Of a DNA stretch of 34,706 bases, positions 1 through 9,737 are shown in pieces (position 1 is the first letter of the stretch; each line of letters opens with the position of its first letter). The DNA is from Candidatus Hodarchaeota archaeon. Lineage in GTDB: Archaea > Asgardarchaeota > Heimdallarchaeia > Hodarchaeales > Hodarchaeaceae. A program made the translations under genes and the position numbers. The stretch lies in the NCBI GenBank assembly GCA_016839785.1, contig JAEOTQ010000121.1, positions 1-34,706 on the forward strand, read 5' to 3'. The notes beneath the pieces are model-generated. The model searched no databases. It saw only the letters and a list, made by a program, of their open reading frames with translations, and was not told the origin of the DNA.

Positions 1-451
1 AATCGACGTTGGAAGACGAATATAGGAACTATTCACTTCTAAATCTCTTGAATGCTAGCATTTAGAACTATACTTAGGAATTTCTAATTAACAGTTGTAT
101 AACATTTTTTGAGTACAATAACTGTTTAAAGCCATAAATTGGAAAACAATAACAAAACATAAACAGATGTTCTAAGAACTGAAAATACCTTCACAGGCAT
201 TAGAAGATGTTATTCATTATTTCAACTTTGTTGGCAAAACAAAATCAATCAAAAAATATTCAATTGAGGACATAAAGAAACTGGACAACTTTTCAATCAA
301 TTTTGTTCTTTAAAACTTCTGTAAAAATTTTGCCTGAAATCAATGGAATGTTTAAGGATTATTTTTGAAATTTTTTACTAAAAGATCGAAAAATTATAAA
401 TAAAAGCTTGAATGCGAAAGAAAAACACCCATTGTGTTTATACCATAGGAG

Positions 452-1489
452 GTGAAAAGGATGGAATTGACCACTGCGGAAAAACAATTTTTAATGCTTC
501 TAAGAGGCGTTGAACGACAGCCGAAGGATATTGAAACTGGAGAAAAAGTAGATGCTAACATTGAGACCTTGAAAAAGAGAGGAAAATTCTATTTTAGCGA
601 AAAATTAGACTCAATGACATTTAATGAAGAGACCATTTTAAAATTGTTAGATAATAGATTAGTAGAACAACAAGAAACAATTTTCAAGTTAACAAATGAG
701 GGTAAAGGTCTGTCAAAAAAGGCTCGAAAGAACCTCCTTAACAAAACTAACAATGATACCTACAAAATATTAAACTCAAGCAAGACTTTAGCAAACATCA
801 CGAAACAGGTTTATGGAAAAGACCTTGGACAAAATAACATGATGACCATGCCTGAACTTAATATATTACTTGAGGTTTTAAAGATCACTCCTGAAGATTC
901 TGTAATTGATCTTGGTTGTGGCACTGGAAAAATTACTGAATATATATCTGATGTAACTCAAGCTCAGGTTATTGGTATTGATATTGCTAGTGAAGCAATA
1001 AAACTTGCTCAAGAACGTACACAGGAAAAAAAGGAAAAACTTGAATTCCACGTTGATGATATGGACGACCTATCTATTCCTCCAGTAAGTGCAGACTGCG
1101 TTATTGCGATAGATTCCTTATATTTTGTAGAAGATCTAGAAAACACTATAGAATATATGAAATCTATCCTCAAACCTCCGGGTAGAATGGGACTTTTTTA
1201 CTCTGCATCATGTCTCCCGAAGGAGTCTAAAGACAAACTTCATCCTGATAAAACAAAACTCGCCCAAGCCCTTCAAAAACATGATTTGAACTACCAGACA
1301 TTTGATTTCTCAATAGAAGAGAAAAAATTCTGGAATTACATAAAGGATTTATATGCTAAAAATAAAGAGGAGATGAAGCAAGAAGGAAACTTAGCACTTC
1401 AGAAGGATCTTTATAAGGATGCTGAATATCATGCGAAAGCATATCAGGAAGGAAGAAGGAGTCGACATTTGTACGTGGTTACAACCTAA
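452..1489 (+). CDS. Class I SAM-dependent methyltransferase with N-terminal winged-helix-like extension
   Basis: SAM motif I VIDLGCGTG, motif II GIDIA and later ADCVIAIDSLY. The N-terminal ~95 aa end in a wHTH wing-like segment (LLDNRLVEQQETIFKLTNEGK). Confidence 0.85.
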   Translation: MKRMELTTAEKQFLMLLRGVERQPKDIETGEKVDANIETLKKRGKFYFSEKLDSMTFNEETILKLLDNRLVEQQETIFKLTNEGKGLSKKARKNLLNKTNNDTYKILNSSKTLANITKQVYGKDLGQNNMMTMPELNILLEVLKITPEDSVIDLGCGTGKITEYISDVTQAQVIGIDIASEAIKLAQERTQEKKEKLEFHVDDMDDLSIPPVSADCVIAIDSLYFVEDLENTIEYMKSILKPPGRMGLFYSASCLPKESKDKLHPDKTKLAQALQKHDLNYQTFDFSIEEKKFWNYIKDLYAKNKEEMKQEGNLALQKDLYKDAEYHAKAYQEGRRSRHLYVVTT

Positions 1490-2004
1490 ATGGAGCTACA
1501 AATAAAATTCAAACAATAGATCTGCTACTATTAGAAAAGAACCTAACCAACGTGTAATGTAAATTTATCTCACTATCAGAATGGACTTTCACTTTCAATT
1601 TGGTAGCAATCTCATTAATACTATCAGTTGTCACTTAACCTTTGTTATATGACATTTTCCGTAAGAATTGTCTTGAATCCAACCTGTAATATATAATTAT
1701 TCATGCCCTAGTTTCTATCGTATTCATTCTAGTTGTTCTTTTTTTCAACAAAGCTTTCCAGAAACTTTCTCAAAAACAAGATCTTGAATCTGTATTATTT
1801 CTCGATATGCCTATTAAAGAAACAAGGATTATCTAACATATAAAACCACTAAATTACCAACCCCTAAATATTGATATTTGTAGAATTGAACCTCTTTACG
1901 CATCTTATCAAAGTACATCTTCTCTTCCAAACGCAGTATTGGCTTGTTTCTGTATTACAGGGGAAGGTGTAATCGGTGTTTGGCGAAATTCAAAGGAATT
2001 AAAC

Positions 2005-2475
2005 ATGAAATTATGGATAATATATAACGGTGGCGTTGTATTCTCTAAAGTCATTGCTGAGATGCTCCAGGATCGCTTGGAAAATTACATTGATGTCTCA
2101 GTAGGAAAAGCCAGCAAGATAAACTCTTCATTCATCGTAGAGGAAGAGTTAGATTACTTGATTATCGGAGATATCGTAAATGAAATAATACCTAGTATGG
2201 AAATTCAAAATTGGGTACTTAAATATAGGGAAATTTCAGAATGTAACAATCTGAGTCTGAAAGCACTATCAGGGTTTGTAATTTCATTTAATGAGATGTT
2301 TAAAGACATAGTTTGGTCTGAATTCCTACGTGACAATATAAGGACCGAGACAATTTATCCACCGATTCTTTGCGTAAAGTTTGATCAAACCAACATAGCT
2401 TTTAATACTGATATCCATATGATAACCAAAGAATATTCAAGCGAAATTAGTAAATTTATTACAAACACAAAATAA
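2005..2475 (+). CDS. Hypothetical protein, possible flavodoxin-like fold
   Basis: Start re-assigned to ATG 2005 after AAGGA. MKLWIIY...SKVIAEML...DYLIIGD follows the beta-alpha pattern of flavodoxin-like N-termini but lacks a clear FMN P-loop. Confidence 0.55.
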   Translation: MKLWIIYNGGVVFSKVIAEMLQDRLENYIDVSVGKASKINSSFIVEEELDYLIIGDIVNEIIPSMEIQNWVLKYREISECNNLSLKALSGFVISFNEMFKDIVWSEFLRDNIRTETIYPPILCVKFDQTNIAFNTDIHMITKEYSSEISKFITNTK

Positions 2476-2597
2476 AAGATTATCAATGGAGGAGTATTTC
2501 AAGAAAGCGACCACAACCATACGGAATATTAATTAACATCTATTAACTTCCTATAGGTGAATTCAAAAATAAAAAAATCAATAATAAAGTGTTTAAA

Positions 2598-3197
2598 ATG
2601 TCAAGTGAAGAAAATTCTACGGAAATAAGTAGTAAAGTGTTTTGGAGAGATCTAGCTGTTAGATATTGGATTTATGTAGTGATATTTGCAGTGATCGGAA
2701 TTGGGGCTATTATCGGATTCATTCTAACATTGGATTGGTACGTCAACACTTCACCCGTTGGTGGTAAAGGGACATGGACATTCAATCAATTTTCAATGGG
2801 AACCGGATTAGAATTTGCTATCTTCCTCATTCTATATATGCTGGTAATTGTTGGAGTGCCCTCATTAGCCGCAGCGGGAATCGTGACAGGTTTACTTTGG
2901 TTTGTAGTCTTTGATGAAGAACTAAAAGAAGAAATTAAATTACGAAATAAGAAAGACGAAGAACGCAGGAAAAAGATAGGAAAAAAAAGCGAAGGTGGCG
3001 GAATTTTCAGTTTTTTAATGTTTTTAGGTGTTTGTATCTATGTCACCCTTGACGGAAATTGGATGACTGAATTTGGCAGCCTGAACTTTAGGTATTTTGT
3101 CGATGCATGGATCGCTGTCTTCCTATGGGTCTTTGTCATTTTCTGCATCGGAGGAGGATTAGGAATTATCTGGTTTGTAAAAAAATATGAACCCTAG
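2598..3197 (+). CDS. Hypothetical integral membrane protein (~4 TM helices)
   Basis: Four long hydrophobic segments with a central charged loop (EELKEEIKLRNKKDEERRKK). ATG at 2598; the ORF track starts at GTG 2589. Confidence 0.75.
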   Translation: MSSEENSTEISSKVFWRDLAVRYWIYVVIFAVIGIGAIIGFILTLDWYVNTSPVGGKGTWTFNQFSMGTGLEFAIFLILYMLVIVGVPSLAAAGIVTGLLWFVVFDEELKEEIKLRNKKDEERRKKIGKKSEGGGIFSFLMFLGVCIYVTLDGNWMTEFGSLNFRYFVDAWIAVFLWVFVIFCIGGGLGIIWFVKKYEP

Positions 3198-3220
3198 TGC
3201 TAACCAGGCATCCTATAATC

Positions 3221-3237
3221 CTTTTTTTCTTTTTTTT
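3221..3237 (+). terminator. Archaeal T-tract terminator
   Basis: Two consecutive T runs ~25 nt after the stop of 2598..3197. Confidence 0.5.
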
Positions 3238-3376
3238 ATGCCTAACTACATCTTTCAATCCATTTGAACATCCTTCCTTATCTCAACTCTCTTTTGAGGA
3301 AATAAAGCTGTTAAATCACCTATCTCGGAAAATTAAGGATCTAGATTAGTGAATGTTATTCTGAACGCGCCTCGAC

Positions 3377-3583
3377 CTACTTCACGAAATCCTGCGCATA
3401 ATTTTGACAGATATTCTCTAAAGTCGATTTAAACAAGTTTAATCCGTTAATATATGTCTGATCTGGATTATCTTTGTCTTTAAACGGCAGGGGTGCCTGA
3501 TGAGATGTTACCCAAAATCGACGTTGGGCCCAGTATCGACTCCCCCAATAGTACTCACGAGGCTGTTGACTAAAAAATTTCAT
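3377..3583 (-). other. Short ORF of uncertain status (possible gene remnant)
   Basis: 68-aa ORF in otherwise non-coding DNA, with no recognisable motif. Confidence 0.2.
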
Positions 3584-3679
3584 AATTATTTTAAGTACAA
3601 CGATTTTAGACCAGATTTATGGATGAAATCACAAAATTATTGATCTAATCCCCGCAATTCGACCAGTAATTATCCAACT

Positions 3680-3991
3680 TCAACTTAAACCCACCTGTTT
3701 CAGAAAAGCTGAATTCTTTATCTGCACTAATGAGTCCGCACTATCCAGCATTTGTTGATATCTATGAAATTTCTTTGGTGTAGGGATTTTTAAGTGAGAT
3801 TGCTGAAATCGCCAAACTGGTGTCGCCGTTGCTGCATAAATCGTAAATAATTTTATACTATTCTTTTCCATTTGATTAAATTCTCTTTGTTGCTGATATC
3901 CCTTAATCAAGGCTTTTGCCTTACGTAATGAAATGGTATTCTTTTCTGAACAGACCCCTGTCAAAGCCATTCCGATATCAAAGATAAATGG
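3680..3991 (-). pseudogene. C-terminal fragment of a type II homoserine kinase / APH-like phosphotransferase
   Basis: The frame reads PFIFDIGMALTGVC...KAKALIKGYQQQREF...YAATATPVWRF, which resembles the C-lobe of APH/ThrB-II kinases (D-L/I-G-M-A; L-x-x-GY-x-x-x-R). An in-frame TAA lies directly upstream, and the HxD/DFE catalytic motifs are absent. Confidence 0.55.
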
Positions 3992-4363
3992 TTAAAATAT
4001 ACATTTATAATTCATATCGTGATTGGTTTTGCCTTTGGTTTATCTTTTCTTTTGATTCCTGATATTTTTTTGTCAGCAATTGGATGGGAACCAGAGGTAT
4101 TTGACCCAATAAACCGTGTTTTTGGAGTAGTCATTATCGGACTAACTAGCGGATCTATACTCGCGTTATTAGACCCTGACTGGGAAAAAGTAAAAATACT
4201 TGTTAGAATTGAACTGGTATGGCTTTTTCTAGGAATTTTCGCAATGATCTATGGGATGTTTACCTCAGATTACCCAGTATTTGGATGGGTAAATGTTCTC
4301 GTACTCTTGTTTCTGTTAACTCTTTTTAGTGTGGGTTATTACAAAGAGATTTATCCAAAGTAG
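3992..4363 (+). CDS. Small 4-TM membrane protein, possibly 5'-truncated
   Basis: Four hydrophobic helices. The frame extends upstream of GTG 4019 as LKYTFIIHIV, completing TM1, with no in-frame ATG before the TGA at 3947. Confidence 0.65.
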   Translation, partial: LKYTFIIHIVIGFAFGLSFLLIPDIFLSAIGWEPEVFDPINRVFGVVIIGLTSGSILALLDPDWEKVKILVRIELVWLFLGIFAMIYGMFTSDYPVFGWVNVLVLLFLLTLFSVGYYKEIYPK

Positions 4364-4915
4364 GTGTCAAATTCAAGATTCTATTCCAAAGATAAAATTC
4401 TCTCACCTTCTTTTTTTCTTGTACTAAAAGATAAAGAATTAGGAAATATGAGATTCCTCATATATCATCCAGTTTTTTTTGAGCGACTCCACGGTCGTAT
4501 AATAATCTCGATGAAGTATTCTTTATTCAAAAAACAAGTCAAAAGCTGGTTTAGTAGCTATTCCAGAGGTAGTCAGAAGATAACGATCTAGTTAGATTAA
4601 ATTAACTTAAACTACTCAAAGAAGAACATATTAGTATCCAATTCTCCTGATAAAGTTTTGACGATCCTCTTTTCCCGAAATAAATGATGAACATTCAAAA
4701 TATGACTCTTTCTGTATGTAACTATAAAATAAAACTAAAATAACTACTTTGTGAGCGAGAACGCAAATAATATAATACGACAACTTAAATATCCCCCAAC
4801 TCGATTAATATGCTCTAGCAGAAATAATTACATTTTATCTCAGTTAGACAATATCATTCCGCATTTTAATTGATTCTACCCCGTAGAATGAAAAAATCTA
4901 TTGGTGAATAAGATC

Positions 4916-6106
4916 ATGAGAGAAGTAGTTATTGTAGATTATTTACGAACACCATTTTCCCGATCAAGACCTAACGCTCCAGAGAAAGATCACTTAAATG
5001 ACTTTCGTATGGATGTACTGGCTGGTGAACTCATTAAAACGATGGTCGATCGGAAGGGTATCAACCCCAATGAAATCGGTGATGTATTAGTAGGTGCAGC
5101 ATTCCAAGTAATGGAACAGTGGTTGTATGGAGGCCGTGGAATTGTTGCACTCGCAGAACTCCCTGAAACAGTTCCAGCTCAAGCGATAGATAGACAGTGT
5201 GGTTCTTCTATGAATACGATTCATACAGGAGCAATGCAAATTATGACTGGATATAGTGATATCGTTGTATCAGCTGGATTAGAACATATGACTCACATAC
5301 CCATGGCTGGAAACCCCTACATAGATCCTCCAACTGCGCAACTGATGGAGGATAAATATCTAAAATATGATTTTGAAACTGGTTTTGTCATGGGTTTAAC
5401 CGCTGAAAAACTCTTGAAACGAGCAGCTGAAAAATTCGGGATGACCAGAGAGGACATCGATCGGTACAGTTTAGAATCACATGAGTTTGCTGCTAAAGCA
5501 CAAGATGAAGGTTTCTTCAAGGAAGAGTTAATGCCAATCGAATTAGCTAATGGTGAGATTTTTGACTTGGATGCATCAGTCCGTCGCGGGTCAACTATGG
5601 AAAAAATGGCAAGTTTAATGCCTTCTTTCGATTTCGATGGTGAAATAACTCCTGGTAATTCATCCCCGCTAAATGCAGGCGCTTGTGCAATGGTATTAAT
5701 GTCTAAAGAGAAAGCTAAAGAATATGGTCTCGACCCCATGGCTACAATAAAATCTATGGGTTGGGCAGCAGTTAATCCAGGAATCATGGGATTAGGCCCA
5801 GTTCCAGCTAGTAACAAGGCATTAAAAATGGCAGGGTTAGAGGCAAAAGATATCGATTTTTGGGAAATAAATGAGGCATTTGCAGTTGTTGCTCTGAATG
5901 CTATTAAAGAACTTGGAATTGACAGAAATAAAGTTAATGTCAAAGGTGGTGCAGTTGCAATAGGCCATCCACTTGGAGCGAGTGGTACTCGCCTTGTTGG
6001 TACTTTAGCTCGAATTCTCAACTGGGAAGATGCTCAATATGGTTTAGCCAATGCATGCATTGGTGGAGGCCAAGGAATAGCCACAGTTATCGAAAAGGGA
6101 GGGTAA
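4916..6106 (+). CDS. fadA: Acetyl-CoA C-acyltransferase (thiolase)
   Basis: Catalytic motifs DRQCGSS, NEAF, GHPLGASG and CIGGGQG. GGTGA SD at 4903-4907 supports ATG 4916. Confidence 0.96.
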   Translation: MREVVIVDYLRTPFSRSRPNAPEKDHLNDFRMDVLAGELIKTMVDRKGINPNEIGDVLVGAAFQVMEQWLYGGRGIVALAELPETVPAQAIDRQCGSSMNTIHTGAMQIMTGYSDIVVSAGLEHMTHIPMAGNPYIDPPTAQLMEDKYLKYDFETGFVMGLTAEKLLKRAAEKFGMTREDIDRYSLESHEFAAKAQDEGFFKEELMPIELANGEIFDLDASVRRGSTMEKMASLMPSFDFDGEITPGNSSPLNAGACAMVLMSKEKAKEYGLDPMATIKSMGWAAVNPGIMGLGPVPASNKALKMAGLEAKDIDFWEINEAFAVVALNAIKELGIDRNKVNVKGGAVAIGHPLGASGTRLVGTLARILNWEDAQYGLANACIGGGQGIATVIEKGG

Positions 6107-6149
6107 ACTCCCACAAAAAATACTATTATGTTAAGAAAGGTGTACACAC

Positions 6150-8138
6150 ATGAAAATTGATGATATAAAACATGTAGCTGTAATAGGTGCTGGAGACATG
6201 GGGCACGGGATTGCCCAAGTATGTCTGATGACTGGTTATACAGTGAGCATGTATGATATTAAAGATGAATTTGTTGAGAAAGGCAAATCACGAATTGAAT
6301 GGAGCTTAAATAAGCTTACCGAGAAAGCTCGTATTTCTGAAAAAGATCGTGATACCTATCTGAAAAATCTAACAATTTCTACCAATATAGAAGAAGTTGT
6401 TAAGAAAGCTGACCTTTGTGTAGAGACTGCCCCTGAAAATCTTGATCTTAAGAAAAAGATCTTTGGCGATTTGGATAAATTTGCTCCCAAGCATGCCATA
6501 CTCGCATCTAATACTTCAAATATGAGTATTACAGAAATAGGAGCAGCAACAAAGCGACCTGAGAAAGTAGCTGGATTACACTACTTTAATCCTCCAGTAA
6601 TGATGCAACTCATTGAAATCATCAAAGGAGAAAAGACTTCTGACGAAACCATTAATATTCTCATTGATTTAGCGAAGAAATCCACAAAAAATCCTGTTGT
6701 ATCCAAGGATCACCCAGGATTCATTGTTAATCGTATTAATGCAATTACTATGCTTTTGATTCATACCATGCTGGACAAGAAGGAGTATAAAGCTGAAGAA
6801 GTAGATGCCGCTGCTATGATGATGGGTATGCGTATGGGTCCATATGAACTAATGGATTTCGTTGGATTAGATGTTGCATATCATTCCATGAATTATCTCG
6901 CTGAACGTCTTGATAAAGACTATACTCCTACCGCACTAATGAAGAAACTTGTGGATGATGGAAAATTAGGGAAAAAGACTGGTGAAGGTATTTACAAATG
7001 GCCTGAGACAGGTCGCCCTGATATTGATCGGGATGCTGAATGTGACTTTGATGTTATGGATTTAATGCGCGTTCAAATCAATGAAGCAGCTAAAGTACTT
7101 GAAGAAGGAATAGCTATTCGCGGTGCTAAAGATATTGATACCGCTATGAAGAAAGGTAAGAATAATCCCTTTGGTCCTTTCGAATTAGCTGAAAATGCTG
7201 ATCTAGAAGAATTAACCACATACATGGATGGTCTTGCTGATAAGTACGGTTTAGAAGTTTTCCGTGCCCATAAATGGGTTCGAGATGGATCTTTGATGGA
7301 TCATACCAAAGCTATTGAAGCTGCTCCTGAAGAAGCCTCTCCTTTTGAATTCGAGAATGTCGAAGTCACTTTTGATGAAGAGAATTACATTGCGAATGTA
7401 ATGCTAAATAGTCCTCCCTTAAACCTTCTTTCTGGCGACCTTCTATCAGACTTATCTGATGCTCTTGACCTTCTTTGGGATGATAAAAGATTTAGAGTAA
7501 TTATAATTCGTGGAAGTGCTAATTGTTTCTCTGCCGGTGCGCAAATAGACCCTTCGTTAATGTTGGATGCGGTTCCATTTGCTCTTCATGAATATGTCAA
7601 AAAAGGTCAGGAGACATTTAAGAAATTACGTCAAATTCCGAAAATCGTCATCGCAGGAATCGAACGTTACGCAATTGGAGGTGGATTGGAATTAGCAATG
7701 CACTGTGACCTTAGAATTGCGAAAGAAAGCGCAAAGGTACAATTGAGTGAAGTAGGACTCGGTATATTCCCATCTTGGGGTGGTACTCAAATGCTTCGAC
7801 GACATGTCGGTTTAGGTAGGGCAATGGACCTTATTCTTTCTGCGAGACGTATTAAAGCGGAAGAAGCGGAAGAAATAGGACTTATTACCAAAGAAGTTGA
7901 TGACGACGAATTTGATGAGTATCTCTATAAGTATGCTAAGAAACTGGCAAAAGGCTCTGCACCACTAAGTGTCGCTGTTGTGAAACGTTTAGTCAATGAA
8001 ACAGCCGAGGGTGATCTAGATTCTGGCTATAACGCTGAAAGTCTCGCAGCGGGAGTTGTCTTCGTCTCTGAAGATAGTAAGGAAGGCTTCATGGCTCGAG
8101 TGATCGAGAAGCGTGATCCTAACTTCGAAGGTAAGTAA
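6150..8138 (+). CDS. fadB: 3-hydroxyacyl-CoA dehydrogenase / enoyl-CoA hydratase fusion (archaeal HAD-ECH order)
   Basis: N-terminal GAGDMGHG Rossmann motif, ASNTS, GLHYFNPP, PGFIVNR and GKLGKKTGEG. C-terminal crotonase domain with FSAGA, GGGLELA and LSEVGLG, so both catalytic Glu are present. Confidence 0.96.
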   Translation: MKIDDIKHVAVIGAGDMGHGIAQVCLMTGYTVSMYDIKDEFVEKGKSRIEWSLNKLTEKARISEKDRDTYLKNLTISTNIEEVVKKADLCVETAPENLDLKKKIFGDLDKFAPKHAILASNTSNMSITEIGAATKRPEKVAGLHYFNPPVMMQLIEIIKGEKTSDETINILIDLAKKSTKNPVVSKDHPGFIVNRINAITMLLIHTMLDKKEYKAEEVDAAAMMMGMRMGPYELMDFVGLDVAYHSMNYLAERLDKDYTPTALMKKLVDDGKLGKKTGEGIYKWPETGRPDIDRDAECDFDVMDLMRVQINEAAKVLEEGIAIRGAKDIDTAMKKGKNNPFGPFELAENADLEELTTYMDGLADKYGLEVFRAHKWVRDGSLMDHTKAIEAAPEEASPFEFENVEVTFDEENYIANVMLNSPPLNLLSGDLLSDLSDALDLLWDDKRFRVIIIRGSANCFSAGAQIDPSLMLDAVPFALHEYVKKGQETFKKLRQIPKIVIAGIERYAIGGGLELAMHCDLRIAKESAKVQLSEVGLGIFPSWGGTQMLRRHVGLGRAMDLILSARRIKAEEAEEIGLITKEVDDDEFDEYLYKYAKKLAKGSAPLSVAVVKRLVNETAEGDLDSGYNAESLAAGVVFVSEDSKEGFMARVIEKRDPNFEGK

Positions 8139-8192
8139 ATTTCTTTTGAAAACAAATTAAGGATGAATTCTCAACCTTTCCTTCTTTTTCTT

Positions 8193-8738
8193 TTATTTTT
8201 CATTCTTGATTTGCCAATCAGATTTAAGCAGGTCCATAATCACAGAATCAATATATTTTCCCTCATTATAATAAGCCTCGCGAAGTTTTCCAATTGCTTT
8301 GAATCCTACTTTTTCATAACAACGTTTTGCTTGTGGATGCTCTGAAAATAGTTCTAGTTCAACTGAATGAAGATTAAGAACCATAAATGCATACTCTACA
8401 ATAAGATTCATCGATTCTGTTCCATATCCTTTGTTCCAATAATCGGTGTTAAATATAACTATTCCCAAACTACCTCGTTTGGACGTAGGATTCTTAATTT
8501 CTAATCCTAAATGCCCTATATAGAGATTAGTCTCTTTATGGATTATAGCATAAATATATCCTTTTCCTTCGCTTCTTAATTGCCACCCATGTTTGATCCA
8601 TTCAATTTCTTCTTCTCTAGATTGAGGAGATTTATTTAAAATGTTTCGTCGATGCTCAGGTTTATTCCAGTGTTTCATTAATTCATCTACATCATCTAAT
8701 TCAAGACCACGTAGAATTATAGTTGATCCTTCTAGCAT
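8193..8738 (-). CDS. GNAT N-acetyltransferase, RimJ/RimL-like
   Basis: YWNKGYGTE acetyl-CoA motif; LNLHSVELELF; CYEKVGFKAIGKLRE. Confidence 0.9.
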   Translation of the reverse strand: MLEGSTIILRGLELDDVDELMKHWNKPEHRRNILNKSPQSREEEIEWIKHGWQLRSEGKGYIYAIIHKETNLYIGHLGLEIKNPTSKRGSLGIVIFNTDYWNKGYGTESMNLIVEYAFMVLNLHSVELELFSEHPQAKRCYEKVGFKAIGKLREAYYNEGKYIDSVIMDLLKSDWQIKNEK

Positions 8739-8755
8739 AAAAACTCACACAACAG

Positions 8756-9655
8756 TCAGGTGTTCAATTTATCAAGTGTTTGTCGCAGCTCTTTTGGAGT
8801 ATAGTTGCATAAATTACGAAGATATCTTTGAAATGACTTTTCCTTTCGAAGATCTTCAGAAATTTGGCTGATTGGCCTTTTATATTTTCTCTCAACGATT
8901 TTAAAGAAATATTCCTCTTGTTTAAGCATTTGTTCATTGATGGCAGCCATGATTCGTGTAGTAATCTTTTTAGCTGTTGGAAAAAATTCCTGATCATTTT
9001 CTTTCCACCCCCCGTCCTTTTCATATCCTTCGAAGGATAGAGGCTCCCCGAATGATACAGAGATATATGACTTATATCGTGGAAGGAACCCTCCGCGAGA
9101 TAATGCTGCTCCAGCTCCATGGATAAACATGGGAACTACGGGTAGTTTCCCGTTCATCAACAGTATAACGCGGCCAATACCGCTACGTGGTTCTTTGGGG
9201 AGATTAAAATAATCATCCACAGGGGATTTACCAATTCTCTTCCCCTGTGGAGACATGTAGATAGCTTTACCTTCTTTTAAGGTTTTAGCCGCGAATCTTA
9301 ATGCAGGACTCGGTTCATCATAATAAACAGGGAATCCTCCCGCCCAGGTAAGTTGGCGGTATAACCAATTCTTCTTCATCACGTAACCAGCGCCCATAAA
9401 TGAAATAAATCTTCGAGTTCCGTACGGCGCTGCAACAGCCCCTCCTACTATTAAGGCATCCAAGTTCGATTGATGATTACTGCAAAAAGCGACGGGAGTG
9501 CCTTCTGGATAACTATTCCCTAATTCTTTGTCATGTATGACAAATCGAAAATAATGGTGGATAAACCAAGGAATAACCTTGAATATGATGAGATATCGTG
9601 CTCTTTGGAAGAACGACCAGTGCTTTTTAGCTATTTTGGTAGGGGGGTTATACAT
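8756..9655 (-). CDS. Lysophospholipid acyltransferase family (PlsC-like)
   Basis: Catalytic NHQSNLD (HxxxxD), GGFPV block, SPQGKR (FPEGTR-equivalent), LPVVP and ISVSFGEP. Confidence 0.88.
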   Translation of the reverse strand: MYNPPTKIAKKHWSFFQRARYLIIFKVIPWFIHHYFRFVIHDKELGNSYPEGTPVAFCSNHQSNLDALIVGGAVAAPYGTRRFISFMGAGYVMKKNWLYRQLTWAGGFPVYYDEPSPALRFAAKTLKEGKAIYMSPQGKRIGKSPVDDYFNLPKEPRSGIGRVILLMNGKLPVVPMFIHGAGAALSRGGFLPRYKSYISVSFGEPLSFEGYEKDGGWKENDQEFFPTAKKITTRIMAAINEQMLKQEEYFFKIVERKYKRPISQISEDLRKEKSFQRYLRNLCNYTPKELRQTLDKLNT

Positions 9656-9737
9656 GGAAATCCCTTTTTAAAGTGAGAAGGCTACTTTTTGATTACTTTA
9701 TATCAGTACGGAATCGAATCTCATGTTAAACTCAATT

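Noticed and set aside
1939-2004. TTG-initiated N-terminal extension of the 2005..2475 gene
   Set aside because: ATG 2005 has an SD-like AAGGA and begins the first predicted beta strand; the extension looks non-coding.
4364-4591. 75-aa plus-strand ORF, and a minus-strand LLYDRG motif suggestive of a DDE transposase
   Set aside because: No SD or recognisable fold; the motif is too short, and I found no terminal inverted repeats to support an IS call.
4760-4770. AACGCAAATAA shared, in gene-sense orientation, between the thiolase and rbcL (29024-29034) upstream regions
   Set aside because: An AT-rich 11-mer match is plausible by chance, and the palindrome spacing is not preserved at the thiolase site.
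5317-6021. 234-aa antisense ORF inside the thiolase
   Set aside because: Shadow ORF in register with a conserved gene; no motifs.
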